Assembly: GCA_002104905.1 (NCBI GenBank)
Contig: MCFE01000505.1
Location: 1,362-65,361, forward strand
Origin: Basidiobolus meristosporus CBS 931.73
Taxonomy: Eukaryota > Fungi > Basidiobolomycota
DNA: 64,000 bases
Reading direction: 5' to 3'
The notes under the pieces were generated by a model. It was not told the DNA's origin. It made no database searches and was given only the letters and a program-made list of their open reading frames with translations. Shown here in pieces: positions 49,141 through 60,966 of the stretch. Position 1 is the stretch's first letter. The number at the start of each line of letters is the position of its first letter. Made by a program: the position numbers and the translations under genes.

Positions 49141-51279
49141 TTACGATGCTGAAGCCACGCGAACAGCATCCTCTAGGTCGTAATGGAAGAACGGGTATCT
49201 TTGATGGGACCATTCATCGTCGGCCTTATGGGCAATCTCGGTGCCGGCCTTGGCCACGTACTTCTCATCAACCTCATCCGCCAATGCCAGCTCGATATCC
49301 CCGGCGCCTTTGTTCGGCAGCTCGGTGGCCGAGTTTGTGGCGTGCGCAACGGGGGATTCGGAGGGAGCGTGGAGATGCTGCCCTCCGAAACCAGATGCCA
49401 TGAGTTTGCGACGGATTGTTGGGGCATTTACATTGGCGAAGTGCCACTCAACCTTCCTGTCCGAGTAGCGGTCGATGGTTGTGCGTGCATCGAGTAATGC
49501 CTGGACACCGGTGGTATCCACCTGATTTACCGAGGCAAAATCCAACACCAAAGCACGACAAATGGGAAGATTCTCAGTGGCCTGCGACGTGGAACCACTG
49601 ACATCATTCCAGGGCCTATCACCGAATGACTTGGGGAGTGGCTTCCCGCGCTTGCTATTGTCCTTGACAAACTCGACAATGCGATCGGAAACATAGCTTG
49701 CATTGGGATAGGTGACCGACTCTTCGAAGCGGAAGATCAAGACTCCCTCAGGAGGCGACACCACCGTCCCAATGAGATTAGGCTCATCCAGGGGGACATA
49801 CGCATAGCGCTTGGCTGGCTTGCCCTCGAGATCCTTGGAGACAACCGAGAGTCTGCCCAGTGTGTTGTAGCGGGGACGGGCGATGCGGAAGAGGAGAACC
49901 ACCAATGAGATGCCGACTGTGGCGTAGATGCCATCCTCGATGGTGGTGAAGAAGGTGACTATCACACCCACGGCGAAAATGAACAATTCAACCCAGCTGA
50001 CTCGCCACAGCTCCTTGATGGTTTTGGGGCCAGCAATCAAGTCACCGACGGCATGAATGATGACCGCAGCGAGCGTCGCATCGGGGATATAGTAGAAGGC
50101 AGGGGTCAATGCATACAGGGCCAGGAGGACGATGATTCCCGCGAACACGCCGGCAAGCGGAGTTCTAACCCCGGATTTGGCCTTGATGGCTGTACGAGAG
50201 AATGATCCGGTGGCAGGATAGGCAGAGAAGAAGGACGCAATGATGTTTGTAAAGCCGATGGCAATCACCTCCTGGTTAGGGTCGATCTTGTAGTCGTTGA
50301 CTCTTCCAAAGGATTTGGCAATGGCAACGTGCTCCATAATCAGCACAAGGGTTACCACGGGCAAAGAAGGGGCCACCAGGCCGACCAACTCGCTGTCCAT
50401 GACCGGCGCATGGACTTCGCGGAAGCCTGAGGGGACACTCTTGAGGATGCTGATGGGGCTTGCGGACTTGCCGATATTGATCAGGAAGGAGATCAGCGTG
50501 GCGAAGATGATGAGAATGGCGTTGCGAGAGATTCCAAAGAAGAAAAGAGGCCGCTCGAATCTTGGATATTTCCTGGAGAAATAGCCAACACCCCAGCGGA
50601 TCCCATAAAGCCAGAGCAACCCGGTCAGCCCAAAGGCCGCGTCCAGTTGGGTACGTGGGAGGCCTTTCAAGCTGTTCCCAAGCACCGTGTAGTAGGGATC
50701 TCTGGTGTTGACCCCACCAATCCCCATCAGCTTGGTGAGCTGCCCGATGATGATGGTGATGGCAGAGCCGGTCATGTAGCCAGCGATGGCCGGGTGCGGA
50801 ATGAAATCCACAATAAAGCCCAGCCTAAGCAACCCAAGTACAAAAGATACACAGCCAGACAGTAGGCACAAAGAAACGGCAATTTGCACCGGTGTGTAGG
50901 TGGTATCCTTGTCTAGGACGCTGGCGATGATTTGGGCAAGAAGCTGAGACATCACAGCAACTGGACCGATGGTAATATCCTTGGATGTGGCGAAGAAGCA
51001 ATACAGGATCACCCCGACGAAAGAGGAGTATAGCCCGTATTGTGGGGGGAGGGTAGCCAGCTTGGCGTAGGCCATGCCCTGAGGAACCACAACCGCACCT
51101 ACAGTGATACCTGCGATCAGGTCGCCAACCAACCAAGTGGTGTTGTAATGGCCAATCCACTTGAAGATTGGAAGCAGAGACTTGACATATTCCGCAGCGT
51201 GTTTAGGCGCATCGCTTGAATATTGCTTGATCTGATCTCTGTAGGAAATCTGGGGGTCGTCTATGTATACAGAGGACAT
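49141..51279 (-). CDS. SulP/SLC26 sulfate permease with STAS domain, single exon
   Basis: GDLIAGITVGAVVVPQGMAYA, YGLYSSFVG, TSKDITIGP, GSFSRTAIKAKSGVRTP, STAS VLDFASVNQVDTTGVQAL. Confidence 0.95.
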   Translation of the reverse strand: MSSVYIDDPQISYRDQIKQYSSDAPKHAAEYVKSLLPIFKWIGHYNTTWLVGDLIAGITVGAVVVPQGMAYAKLATLPPQYGLYSSFVGVILYCFFATSKDITIGPVAVMSQLLAQIIASVLDKDTTYTPVQIAVSLCLLSGCVSFVLGLLRLGFIVDFIPHPAIAGYMTGSAITIIIGQLTKLMGIGGVNTRDPYYTVLGNSLKGLPRTQLDAAFGLTGLLWLYGIRWGVGYFSRKYPRFERPLFFFGISRNAILIIFATLISFLINIGKSASPISILKSVPSGFREVHAPVMDSELVGLVAPSLPVVTLVLIMEHVAIAKSFGRVNDYKIDPNQEVIAIGFTNIIASFFSAYPATGSFSRTAIKAKSGVRTPLAGVFAGIIVLLALYALTPAFYYIPDATLAAVIIHAVGDLIAGPKTIKELWRVSWVELFIFAVGVIVTFFTTIEDGIYATVGISLVVLLFRIARPRYNTLGRLSVVSKDLEGKPAKRYAYVPLDEPNLIGTVVSPPEGVLIFRFEESVTYPNASYVSDRIVEFVKDNSKRGKPLPKSFGDRPWNDVSGSTSQATENLPICRALVLDFASVNQVDTTGVQALLDARTTIDRYSDRKVEWHFANVNAPTIRRKLMASGFGGQHLHAPSESPVAHATNSATELPNKGAGDIELALADEVDEKYVAKAGTEIAHKADDEWSHQRYPFFHYDLEDAVRVASAS

Positions 51280-51807
51280 GGCAGGAGAAAAGTTGAGCTC
51301 AGCATCGTGGTCGAGTGAGATTATATAGGTTGGGCTCAAGAAACAGATATGCATAGGTACATATCCATCATTCATTACACAATCGAATTGCACCATTTTC
51401 GTTAGGAATTGCTCTCACCCTGCCTAATCATTCACCGTTGCCGGTCTCACCAGCTCAGGGTCAGCACTCCGATAATATTCTCTGGAAATTCCAAATCCGG
51501 CTGATTATGGAATACAAACATTGACACAATGGCTTTTCTATCAATCTTATTGTAACCCACAATATCTCCACCCTTATTGCGACGAAGCACGGAAAATGCC
51601 ACCGTATTCGCGTGATTACACATCTATTGCGTTTAGAATGTGGGTCTAACTACTTATGGAAGAATGGGCCGCTGCTCTTGGGACAAAAGGGTTGCAAATC
51701 TCGTTATGAACAAGAGCCATCAGCAGAAACGGTGATTAGATGCGTCCCAAAATACCCCAGCGTTCACATGAGGGATATTGCCTTGAAATGCGTAATAATG
51801 TGTGATG

Positions 51808-51830
51808 TGGAATGATGGAATGATGGAATG
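51808..51830. repeat. Short microsatellite (TGGAATGA)~3
   Basis: tggaatgatggaatgatggaatg. Confidence 0.6.
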
Positions 51831-52112
51831 GAGCCTGTTGGTTGTGAAAACCCGCAATGCTTATTATCAATGCCAATCAGTGTGTCAGATGGACTAATTA
51901 CCCTGAATGATGAATGGGGGTGGATTATCAAATAAGCAGCCTCGAGATGACTCGATCATTCAATTTTTGCCATTTTTCCAGTTTAATCAACTTGACGAAA
52001 CGTTGGCCTGAATATTGCTTCAACTAATCAGATTGCCTAGGCTTTGTTGTGTAAAAAAAATCATTTAATTAGATATCAATACTATGCGAGTCCATGGTTG
52101 TCTTGGATTGTC

Positions 52113-52698
52113 ATGTCTTTTGATATTGTAAAGCGTAGGTAGCCGTTTTTTAGGTCGTTTTCAGCAACCCAGTAGCCTCAACTTTCCGTTTTGTAGAGCA
52201 AGCTGAGCGTGAACAGCTCGCAGAGGATATTCTGACCGACAGACAATTGGTAGGTTCTCTTCCTGTTTCCGGCCGCTCCTTTGTTGACCCACCGCCGAGG
52301 GCTAACCAGCGCAATATCCACATTTCAGATCATCGACTATGATCGCCGGAGAAATACAAACAGAGAAGCGCTAAACAACCTGAAGAAAGCCCCCGCACCC
52401 AAGAAGGTTTGGATGAACTTGGGTGACATGTTTGTGAAGTTTGAAACGGAGAAAGTGAAGGACTTGATTCGTCAAGGTAATCATAAGGCCATCCTCTATA
52501 TAAATTTCTCCAGTATTGAACCTTAATCTACCAGATCAAGATAAACTTGACTCGGAGATTAACGAAATTCGAGACGGCTTGAAAGTGAAGGCTCGTCAAC
52601 TAGATGTTCTAGAGGGCGGCGATGGAACCAAGACAGCTGGTTTCGACTTGAAGAGTGTCAGCGGCGAAGAGTTGTATGGGATTACGAAAGCCAAGTAA
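52113..52698 (+). CDS. PDRG1: PDRG1-like prefoldin-beta protein, 4 exons
   Basis: EQLAEDILTDRQL|IIDYDRRRNTNREALNNL...KVWMNLGDMFVKF...|DQDKLDSEINEIRDGLKVK...GFDL. Confidence 0.8.
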
Positions 52699-52932
52699 AC
52701 TTCGCCTTTCAGATCCATACACTCGATTTATAACTTTTAATGTACCATAGAATAAATCTCTAGAAAGGCTATCAACCCTTTATTTTACACCTCATTTTGA
52801 TATATTTCTATTCAACTCAGTAGACTGTACAATTCACTCTGCAGAACAATCTCCAACGAAATATGCACCTGCTGGAATGTTGATAAAAACCACACCATTG
52901 TCTGTAACTGAGTCGAGTGCAGATCTTTGCAT

Positions 52933-55900
52933 CTATACTTTACGCTTCTTTTGTAGAGCCGAATGCTTAATCCAAAATTGATTTTGATCGGAATCCTCAT
53001 CTTTGGTAAGGAATTCAACGATATAATCTGTCTCTAAGCAAGGAACTCTTGCCTCAAGCATAGCGTGAACAAAATAGTTAGGAAGCGTTCGAACCTTGCT
53101 TGGTTCAACAAAAACGTGGGTTAGGTGATCTGTCTTGATATTGCGAAACGGTGCCCGTGCTACATTCACCTCTGCATTACCTGCTTGCAAGAGACGAACA
53201 AACCCCTCCCGTTTTTTATTCTCCACCACCAGTAGGACATTCCACCCGGTGAAGCTTCCCTTGACGTCCGCATTGATCGCCTGTAGTTCCTGTAGTTTGA
53301 GACGCCAGCGTTGAGCAGCTCCAACAAGAAGTTTATCTTCAGGTTTGATGTCACTCTCTGGAGTCCATTCATGCTCCTCTTCCGAAACGAAACCCTCGGA
53401 TAACACGCTTGCGTCCACAAAGGAGGGTTTGAGGACCCAAACCCCAGATGCGCATGCTGCCAGGAATTTCTCGCTTCTTGATGGATAACCCACGATTAAG
53501 TGAGTGCACTCTGATGTCCATTGATCGGTGTTGATTGTCATCCCGCCCAACCGGCGGATAGTTTTCATCAGCCGGTTTTTGGACTCGCCACCCATAGAGG
53601 AGAGAAGAAACTTGGGTAAAACACGATTTTTGGGTAGCGTGCTCTTGGCAGATGTCTGGGAGATAATCCTATTCGAACGTCTTGACGGAGTAGGGTCTGG
53701 CTCATCTTGGTTCATCTCGTTCATGATAGATGTGGGGAGTCGCTGTAAATCCAGAGCTTTCGGAAGTGGGGAAATCTCCTTGTTGGATGATGTTTTCTGT
53801 TCAGTTGGTGCTGAAATGTCCGACATAGTTCGTTCTGATTTGAAGGACGGTAGTGCTGTGAGTTTGACGGGTGGATTTGGTTCCGAAAGGCTATCTTCTG
53901 ACTCGGTAAGAGTGTTATTCTGGCGCTGTAATGAGGATCCATCACTAGTGTCGTTTTCGCTTTCTGATCCATCATTCGGTGAGATGCGCAGTCTTTTGTT
54001 CATCAGTAATCGATCAAGTAGTTTTCGCTTTTCTCTCCTTCCTTCTGGATCATCATACATTGCTGCTGCAGGTTCTTGCGTGGAGTTGATTTCTATATCG
54101 TCAGAGGGGTCTGGAGTGTGAGTGTCTTCCTTCAGGTTGTCTGTACTAGTATCAAATAAAGAGGCGGTTTTTCCACTGATGCCACTTATGTCAGAAAACG
54201 AGGTATCTTGTTTGTAGCCACTTTGATCAGCAGCCTGTTCCGTGCTTGTCCGCACCATCCCAAAACTAGACCGTGGCCTTCTTCGCTTTCGATCGCTGGA
54301 TGCTCTTCCAATCAATTCCTCAACCGCAGCAGCATAATTGACTTTAGGTGGTTCCGGTGTTTGCTTTTTTGTGGTTGATACGATGCCTTTAGTATCGGGT
54401 TTTTGATCAAACTTATCTACGGTTGGCGTCTCAGGCTTCAAAAACTCATCGTCCGAATTTGATTTCGAGCCAAGCACTGGGGGATCCACTGAAGCAATTG
54501 AAACATGCTTACGGAATCCTGCTTGTGTTGCGAGTACAAAATCTTGGTCGGAGCCTTGCGAGTTCTTATGATATGAATGCTCTAGGGTACTTGTAACCAG
54601 GTGGCTTTTGTTGGGAACATAGGTATGTGGATAGTCCCTCTCTTCAACTCTTGCTCTAAATTCCTTACACTATTGGGCTCGATGGTTTAGGAAACAAATG
54701 AAACCGTGATCAGGAACGAGGAGTTCACTTACTTTTTGAAGCCATACGGGGGAAACAATTATTTTTCCTTTTTGCTTGGCCATTTTGAAATCCTTGAAAT
54801 TCTCGGTAACCTTATTACTCTGTATTTGCGAGTTAAGAAACTGTATGATAAATCAAAATTGATGCATCTTGTAGCTAAATGTAAAGGATATGATGAACCA
54901 AGTGGGTGCAGGACTCGTCAAAAATCCATGCTGATTGTGCACCCATCTCCCTCGCCAAGTCGCAGAGCTCATTCCGACGATGCTAAAGAGCAAATACACA
55001 CTTAATCAAGTTATTCTACGCTAGGATACAGTATATTGGAACATTACCGCCAATCGTTGACTCACGTAGATAGTCACGCCTTGTAGTAAACTTGAGATGT
55101 CACTCGGCTCAAAATGCTATACACATCTTGCGTATGAGCATAAAAACAAAAATAGCTGATAAATGATGAGAAGCGGCTTACACTTTGGTTTGCTTCACCA
55201 AAAAAAGCTGTCGAGTCCATATTACTTGCATCTGGGGTATTGGTGAACAGTGCTTGGCCTGAACCATGCAAACCATCGGGTGTCTCCAATTTTTCTAACG
55301 CTGATGTCAGTTTCCGTGCTAGAGCGGGGTCTAATGGGGAGCCCAAACTATTCGCACCTATGGGGCTTCGTCAAGATAATTATACTTGTGATATATGGAG
55401 ACAATGTGATTACCTGTATCGATGGAGGCGGTATTTCGCTGAATACGTTGAAAAAATGGAGTGACTGCCGTTTTCGATACGGTGTTTGGCGCCGTTGCTA
55501 TTTCATATAAGGATGTCTTAAATATGCTTAGGCCTACCCAAAAATATAAACCGCAGCTTTACCTGGTGACAACAAGGCGTTGAGCGCATCAGTGGTGTCA
55601 AAGTTGAGATTAGTCGATGTGAGACCTGGGGTCATAGCGGATGCAGATCCAACTGAATTGGCACCAGTAGTAGTTGCATGTGATGTTTCTGGTGTTTTCA
55701 GTGAGGATAAGATTCCAGTAGTATCAAACTGTGGTCGAAAGTCTTTCTTTCCGAGGAAGGTATTGTGATGTGGGGTGTCAGCACTAGCTATAGATATTAG
55801 AACAAGGTTAACGTGACAATGTTATAAAATTAGATCCCAAGCCAACGTAAAATACCATTTGATCCACATCTTCTAGTTGTGGGTGTATCGGTGGTTCCTG

Positions 55901-58900
55901 TATTGAACTATTGGAATACCGTTTGCATTGAAAGATTATGCGAAGACTTACCATTCATGGCTGGAGGGAAGGGATTATTGTCGTGAGACTTACTACCAAC
56001 TACTGATGCTACAGGATTAGATAATGCAACACAATCTATCATATACATGTAATTATATATGAACGATTCTTACGTGCAGTCGCAATGTAGTCGTTGCCAT
56101 TAGTGGGGCCACGCTTCCTATTGGCACCTAACGAAAACAAGGTACCACGCACTATTAGCCAGCATAGTGATAGAGCTTATGTAAAAATAGTCAAACCTAG
56201 ATGATTTCCGTTGAGCGTGGATGTGTCTCCGATGCTCTGAGCCATTCTGCTATCACCTTCAGATTATTACTTAATTATCTACTGCTGCTACTCCGGAAAA
56301 GCACGACTGCCTTACCTATCTTGGACCCAGCTGATTCCTGAACGTCAGAATGGATACCCTAAACAGATGATTAGTTTAGTAAGTCAGAATCAAATGTAAC
56401 AGCTGCTATGGGATTTTTCACAACATTTCTAGCTATATCGAAAATCCAATTGGCGTCTACAACAGGTATTCCCCATTCAATAGCACGTCTATACTTCTCT
56501 CCAGATTTTTGTTTGCATATGAGATGAGTGTATTTCTTGCTAAAGCGCTCACTAAACTTAGCGCCAAGCGTAATACAAAGGCGACCAATATGTTCTCTCT
56601 CCAATTCGGTGTAACCAGTTATACCAATGTAATAATTTCGAAACTCTGTTCTCCGGGAAATCAAGAACGGGTCAGTATCATATATCACGAATACGAGGTA
56701 CACATATCTCTCCGACCTTTGATTGGAAACTGAATTTCTATAGGGGAATATATTACTTTCTCCTCTAATGGTATCAGACGTTGCTCCTAGAGGATGTCCG
56801 GTATTAATTCAAAGCCTATAGTGGATTCTGCCAAGTAAGCCTACATCTATACAACTTTCAAGCCAACACTCGGTAGCTGATTGAAACGGAATATCCGATG
56901 TGGATGACTGTTGACTGCGTAGATAAAAATACAATTACTCTCATTAGCAAATTTGCAGAAGTCAAACTGATACTCTCAGAGGCGAATATTTTACCTTTTG
57001 AGGGGAACGATGCGGAAATACTTTTCAGTCGCTGCTGAGAGTGTGTGAGGAAATTCTGGGTGGAAAGAGCCACCGTTGTCGAGCACTACCTGCTCCACAA
57101 TTTGTTTCTGTACCAAAATGAGGTTTTCGTTTTAGTAATATGCATTTACTCGAGCTTCTCTTGCAAAATAAATACCTGGTCAGCAGGAAAGTTCTCGCAG
57201 AAGAAGAAATATGTCGAAAAAATCCCGGATTTAGTTGGTTGCTTTGGTAAGCCTGATGTGTTTGCTCTTTTCGAATACAATGTTCCCGGGTCAAATGAAG
57301 GTTCTTGGGAATTTCCATGTGGTGTCAAACTTCTGGTGCGTTTTTCGTATGAAGGTAATTTCTCAAGCGCCTTTGCCTCCGCTGCAGACATTGTGCTTTT
57401 ACTTCTTTGTAAAAGGTGTGGATTAGCGGTACCGTTTGTGTTAGGATGAGAATCCTGGTTCATATCTTCAGCTAGATCTTCCCAAAAGCTTTTGCTCTTA
57501 GCCATGGATTTATCTGCAGCCATTGTGTTCTTACGAAGCGTAGCTTTCGTACTTCCTTGAGATAATCCGAGTGATTTATCTTTGTTTTCCCTCCCGAGGT
57601 ATTCAACAGAATACTGTTCTGTAGGGTGTAGTGTGCAGTCTCTATAACAATCCTGCAGCCACTTGCTATGTACAATTGTTGGCTTGTTGGTAGCCTGTCG
57701 TAATATATCCTTGTCCCTGGAGGTTAAAATTCAACGCATATATATATTATTATACAATAATAATGTGAAGATTCCTTAGTGTAGTCTTACTTCTCGGTCA
57801 GTGTGTTGGTGCAAGTTACGAAGTGCGTAACACATTCGCTGAAATCGGAGTGCCGTGACCCGCCGCCGTCCACTATGATTTTTTTCATGAGCATCATTTT
57901 CTCTGGCCCATAGCCATCCCCAAGATAAATATTGCATCCGTCGAGATACATCGTTGAATCTTTGGTTTCCCGAAGTAGTCGTTGACGATCCTGTGATAAC
58001 GTTCCGGCTTTGCGCATATTCGAGGCTGCAAAAATTAAATGTGAGCTGGCCATAACGATACTGGATGAGCAGGTCCTTTGCTTACCTGTTGACACAGAAT
58101 CCGGGTTTGCTAAAGCTGGGTACAGGTGCTCACTAACACAAACTACATATCCAAATCTTAGCAATCAGCATACATCCCACAGAATCCGCGCATATAATCA
58201 ACAACAAAATCCACCTTTTCTATTTGCACACTCGTAGAGCCAGTCAAGGCTGACTATATGCAAATTTCTTTTAACAGCTGCTTGGTATTTCCTTCCCTCT
58301 GGAACGTTTGCATGAGTTAAAGAAGTTCTTTCCTTTACGAAAACGAAAAGCGTAACCATTAAGCAAAAGGATATTTTTACAATCAGATGTGTGCAGGGCA
58401 TTGTTAGAGCAGGGGAGTACTCGCCACCATTTTCTACAGTCAGTTTCTCTACAGCTTCTCTCTCCTCTACCAACAACAAAGTGTATTATTATTATTATGA
58501 ACGCAAACACTTGTAGGTGTAATATCATACCTCCGGATAGGCCTGTCACACATATGCAGCAGCCGGTCAAAGGTAAAAGTGTATGCAGTTTAGAAATCTG
58601 TCAAGTCAATAAGCAAAATAAGTAAAGATTCTAACGCATCTCACGGAATAAATCGTACCGTATTCGGCTCAAAGTTTTCGTTGTTTTTGAAATATTCATA
58701 GCACTGCTCTGCCCAGAGTGGGGTTAAAATTGGAACCTTGCATCGAAGTGCTGCCTGAACATTGGAATTTTGATACTTAGTTATTCGTAATATTGATTTG
58801 TCGAGCCTCAATGAGCTCCCTTGCCTTGTACTTTTCTGAGCCAACTTTGTCTGCGATTAGATGCGTCACGTTATTAGTGAAGTCTGGCTGTATGCGTCCG

Positions 58901-59087
58901 CCAAGTTCTTCGACTTGGGAATACAACGCTTGCTACAGAGAGAGGACAATTCATTAGGGATCTACAAGTGGTAATCCAATCGATTTAAATTTTCTACTAC
59001 TTTAGTCGCCACTGACAAGCCAGTACAGCAAATGATATAGTCTTCAAATGGCTTTCGTTGTAGAAAAGAGTTGTCGTCGTAAAGCAT
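52933..59087 (-). CDS. TOPBP1: TopBP1/Rad4(Cut5)/Dpb11 multi-BRCT checkpoint and replication scaffold, many exons
   Basis: First exon MLYDDN...PFEDYIICCTGLS|QALYSQVEELGG...VTHLIA..VGSEKYK; further BRCTs (ICVTGL...CTHLI; IGITGY...YTHLIC...KYRRAIEWGIPVV..NWI); BRCT6-like WIFDESCTHL...YPHTYVP; C-terminal pair with RSEKFLAACASGVWVL. Confidence 0.9.
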
Positions 59088-59189
59088 CGTATTACTATTA
59101 ACATTGGGCCGTAGGCGAGACATGGCATATAATTAGCTGTATAATATTTGCCGTCGATTCCAATACCTAATTCTGGTTTAAGGGCCGTC

Positions 59190-59197
59190 ACGCGAAA
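59190..59197. promoter_or_regulatory. SCB/E2F-like element ACGCGAAA upstream of TOPBP1
   Basis: About 103 nt upstream of the ATG at 59087. Confidence 0.35.
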
Positions 59198-59849
59198 GTA
59201 ATGAAGGAACAAGAGTCTTCCGCCAGCTCGAAGTCGACGCCAATAAAAATCAAAAGACTGTATATTTGGTGGCAAAACACAGGAATTATTGTAAATAAAC
59301 AGTGCTTCCATGAATGTGTGTGATGATTAATATATACATAATACACAGCTAGTTAATCACGGTTATCAAGACGCAGTAGCCGTAACAGTAACAGCAACAA
59401 AATCCCGATTTTGATGCTACCAGTGAATTTTCATGACTGCCCCATATTAAAACTTGAGCCTTGATCGTATTCTAGCATCTACAAGTGGAAGAAGTACAAT
59501 AGCATTTCCTACATCTAGAATTGTTTAGGCCACTGTCCTAGTCGCGAGTTTTAGCTTCATTATTTAGTTTGATATCCAGATTATGTGATAAATCTCATAT
59601 TTACATTCACTTTGTCTATGAACTCAAATAGTTCAAATTCTTTGTTGGTGTTTATCTCATATATATCCATTAGTGTCTAAAAACCCCAAGCTTGATATAC
59701 ATATCTTTAAGACATCCCTAAGCATAAGCTAGATTATTAAGTGAGTGACTTGTACTACCCCCCAACACTCTATTAACTTAGTCACTTTGACTATAGCTTA
59801 GAGGTTCAAATCCTTGCCAGTGATTATTTAGGTTATTAAGTTAGACTAT

Positions 59850-59910
59850 ATTGCTGCCATCAAGTGGATCCACAGATACATGAAAGGAACTGCTGATATC
59901 AGCTTGAAGC
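59850..59910 (+). pseudogene. Decayed copia RT/RNase H junction fragment
   Basis: Translates IAAIKWIHRYMKGTADISL, matching the copia motif AVKRILRYLKGT. W (TGG) sits where R (CGG) is expected. Confidence 0.55.
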
Positions 59911-59965
59911 ACATATACATTGATTTCAATCATGGTCTTTTGTGATCCTCTGATGAAGAGTGGAG

Positions 59966-60163
59966 ACTTGTAAAATTGGAAATTCCACCTAAATATTCAC
60001 CTAACTTAGTCATGTAGATTGTTGCCTACAAATTTTAGTGACAACTGACCAAATTTCTTGTTGAGATTTACTTGGAATATTTTCACCAAAACATCTGTTA
60101 CCCAGAACATGAAAACTTGATAAATTGCCCAAACAGCCCCAAACCTTGCACACATGTACTTGG
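59966..60163 (+). mobile_element. Truncated old LTR (LTR0), first ~200 bp, interrupted by LTR1
   Basis: Diverged copy of the LTR 5' part (ttgtaaaatt...ccacctaaatattcacctaacttagtca...cacatgtacttgg), preceded by the purine tract gaagagtggag (PPT-like). Confidence 0.75.
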
Positions 60164-60494
60164 TGTTGTAAAAATTTGTAATTCCACCTAAATATTCACC
60201 TACTTAGTCACTTCGATCATCACCTTCAAATCCTAGAGAATACTGACCAAATTCCTTGTTGGGATTTACTTAAAATATTTACCCAGAACATGAAAATTCT
60301 CAAAGTTGTCCAAACAGCCCCAAACTTTGCACACATGTTCTTGGGACATTCCTTAACCTATTCTATGTGTTTGTAATGCCAAGACCAGGTAAAAGTATAA
60401 ATACTACTTTTACATTCAATAAATCATTAAGTGAAAACCACATAATCTACTTGTTCTCCCAATAACTTCCAATATCTCCAAGACTCTTACAACA
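60164..60494 (+). mobile_element. Copia LTR (LTR1, 331 bp)
   Basis: TGTTGTAA...TTACAACA 8-bp terminal inverted repeats, internal TATAAATA and AATAAA, followed directly by a PBS. Confidence 0.9.
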
Positions 60495-60585
60495 GGTTAT
60501 GGGCCCCAAGCTGTCACTCTCTGCAATGTCTACTACTGCTACTACTGGAATTTTTCCCTCTGCTGAAAAGTTGGACGGATCTAAC
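60495..60585 (+). mobile_element. PBS (GGTTATGGGCCC) plus first codons of gag of the middle element, cut by insertion of LTR2
   Basis: Near-identical to 60936-61026 up to GGATCTAAC, then switches abruptly to TGTTG. Confidence 0.85.
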
Positions 60586-60935
60586 TGTTGTAAAAATTCG
60601 TATTTTCCACCTAAATATTCACCTAACTTAGTCACTTAGATCATCACCTTCAAATCCTAGAGAATACTGACCAAATTCCTTGTCGGGATTTACTTAGAAT
60701 ATTTTCACCAAAATACCAGGTACCCAGAACATGAAAATTCTCAAAGTTGTCCAAACAGCCCCAAACTTTGCACACATGTTCTTGGGACCTTCCTTAACCT
60801 ATTCTACATGTTTGTAATGCCAAGACCATGTAAAAGTATAAATACTACTTTTACATTCAATAAATCATTAAGTGAAAACCACATAATCTACTTGTTCTCC
60901 AAATCACTTCCAATATCTCCAAGACTCTTACAACA
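60586..60935 (+). mobile_element. Copia 5' LTR (LTR2, 350 bp) of the youngest element
   Basis: TGTTGTAA...TTACAACA termini; highly similar to LTR1; followed by PBS GGTTATGAGCCC. Confidence 0.92.
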
Positions 60936-60966
60936 GGTTATGAGCCCCGAGCTGTCACTCTCTGCA

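Noticed and set aside
56769-56778. TGGTATCAGA, resembling a standard tRNA-Met PBS
   Set aside because: Lies inside the TOPBP1 locus with no adjacent LTR end.
58997-59311. 104-aa ORF as an N-terminal extension or BRCT0 of TOPBP1
   Set aside because: Different frame from the convincing first exon starting at 59087, with no BRCT-like residues.
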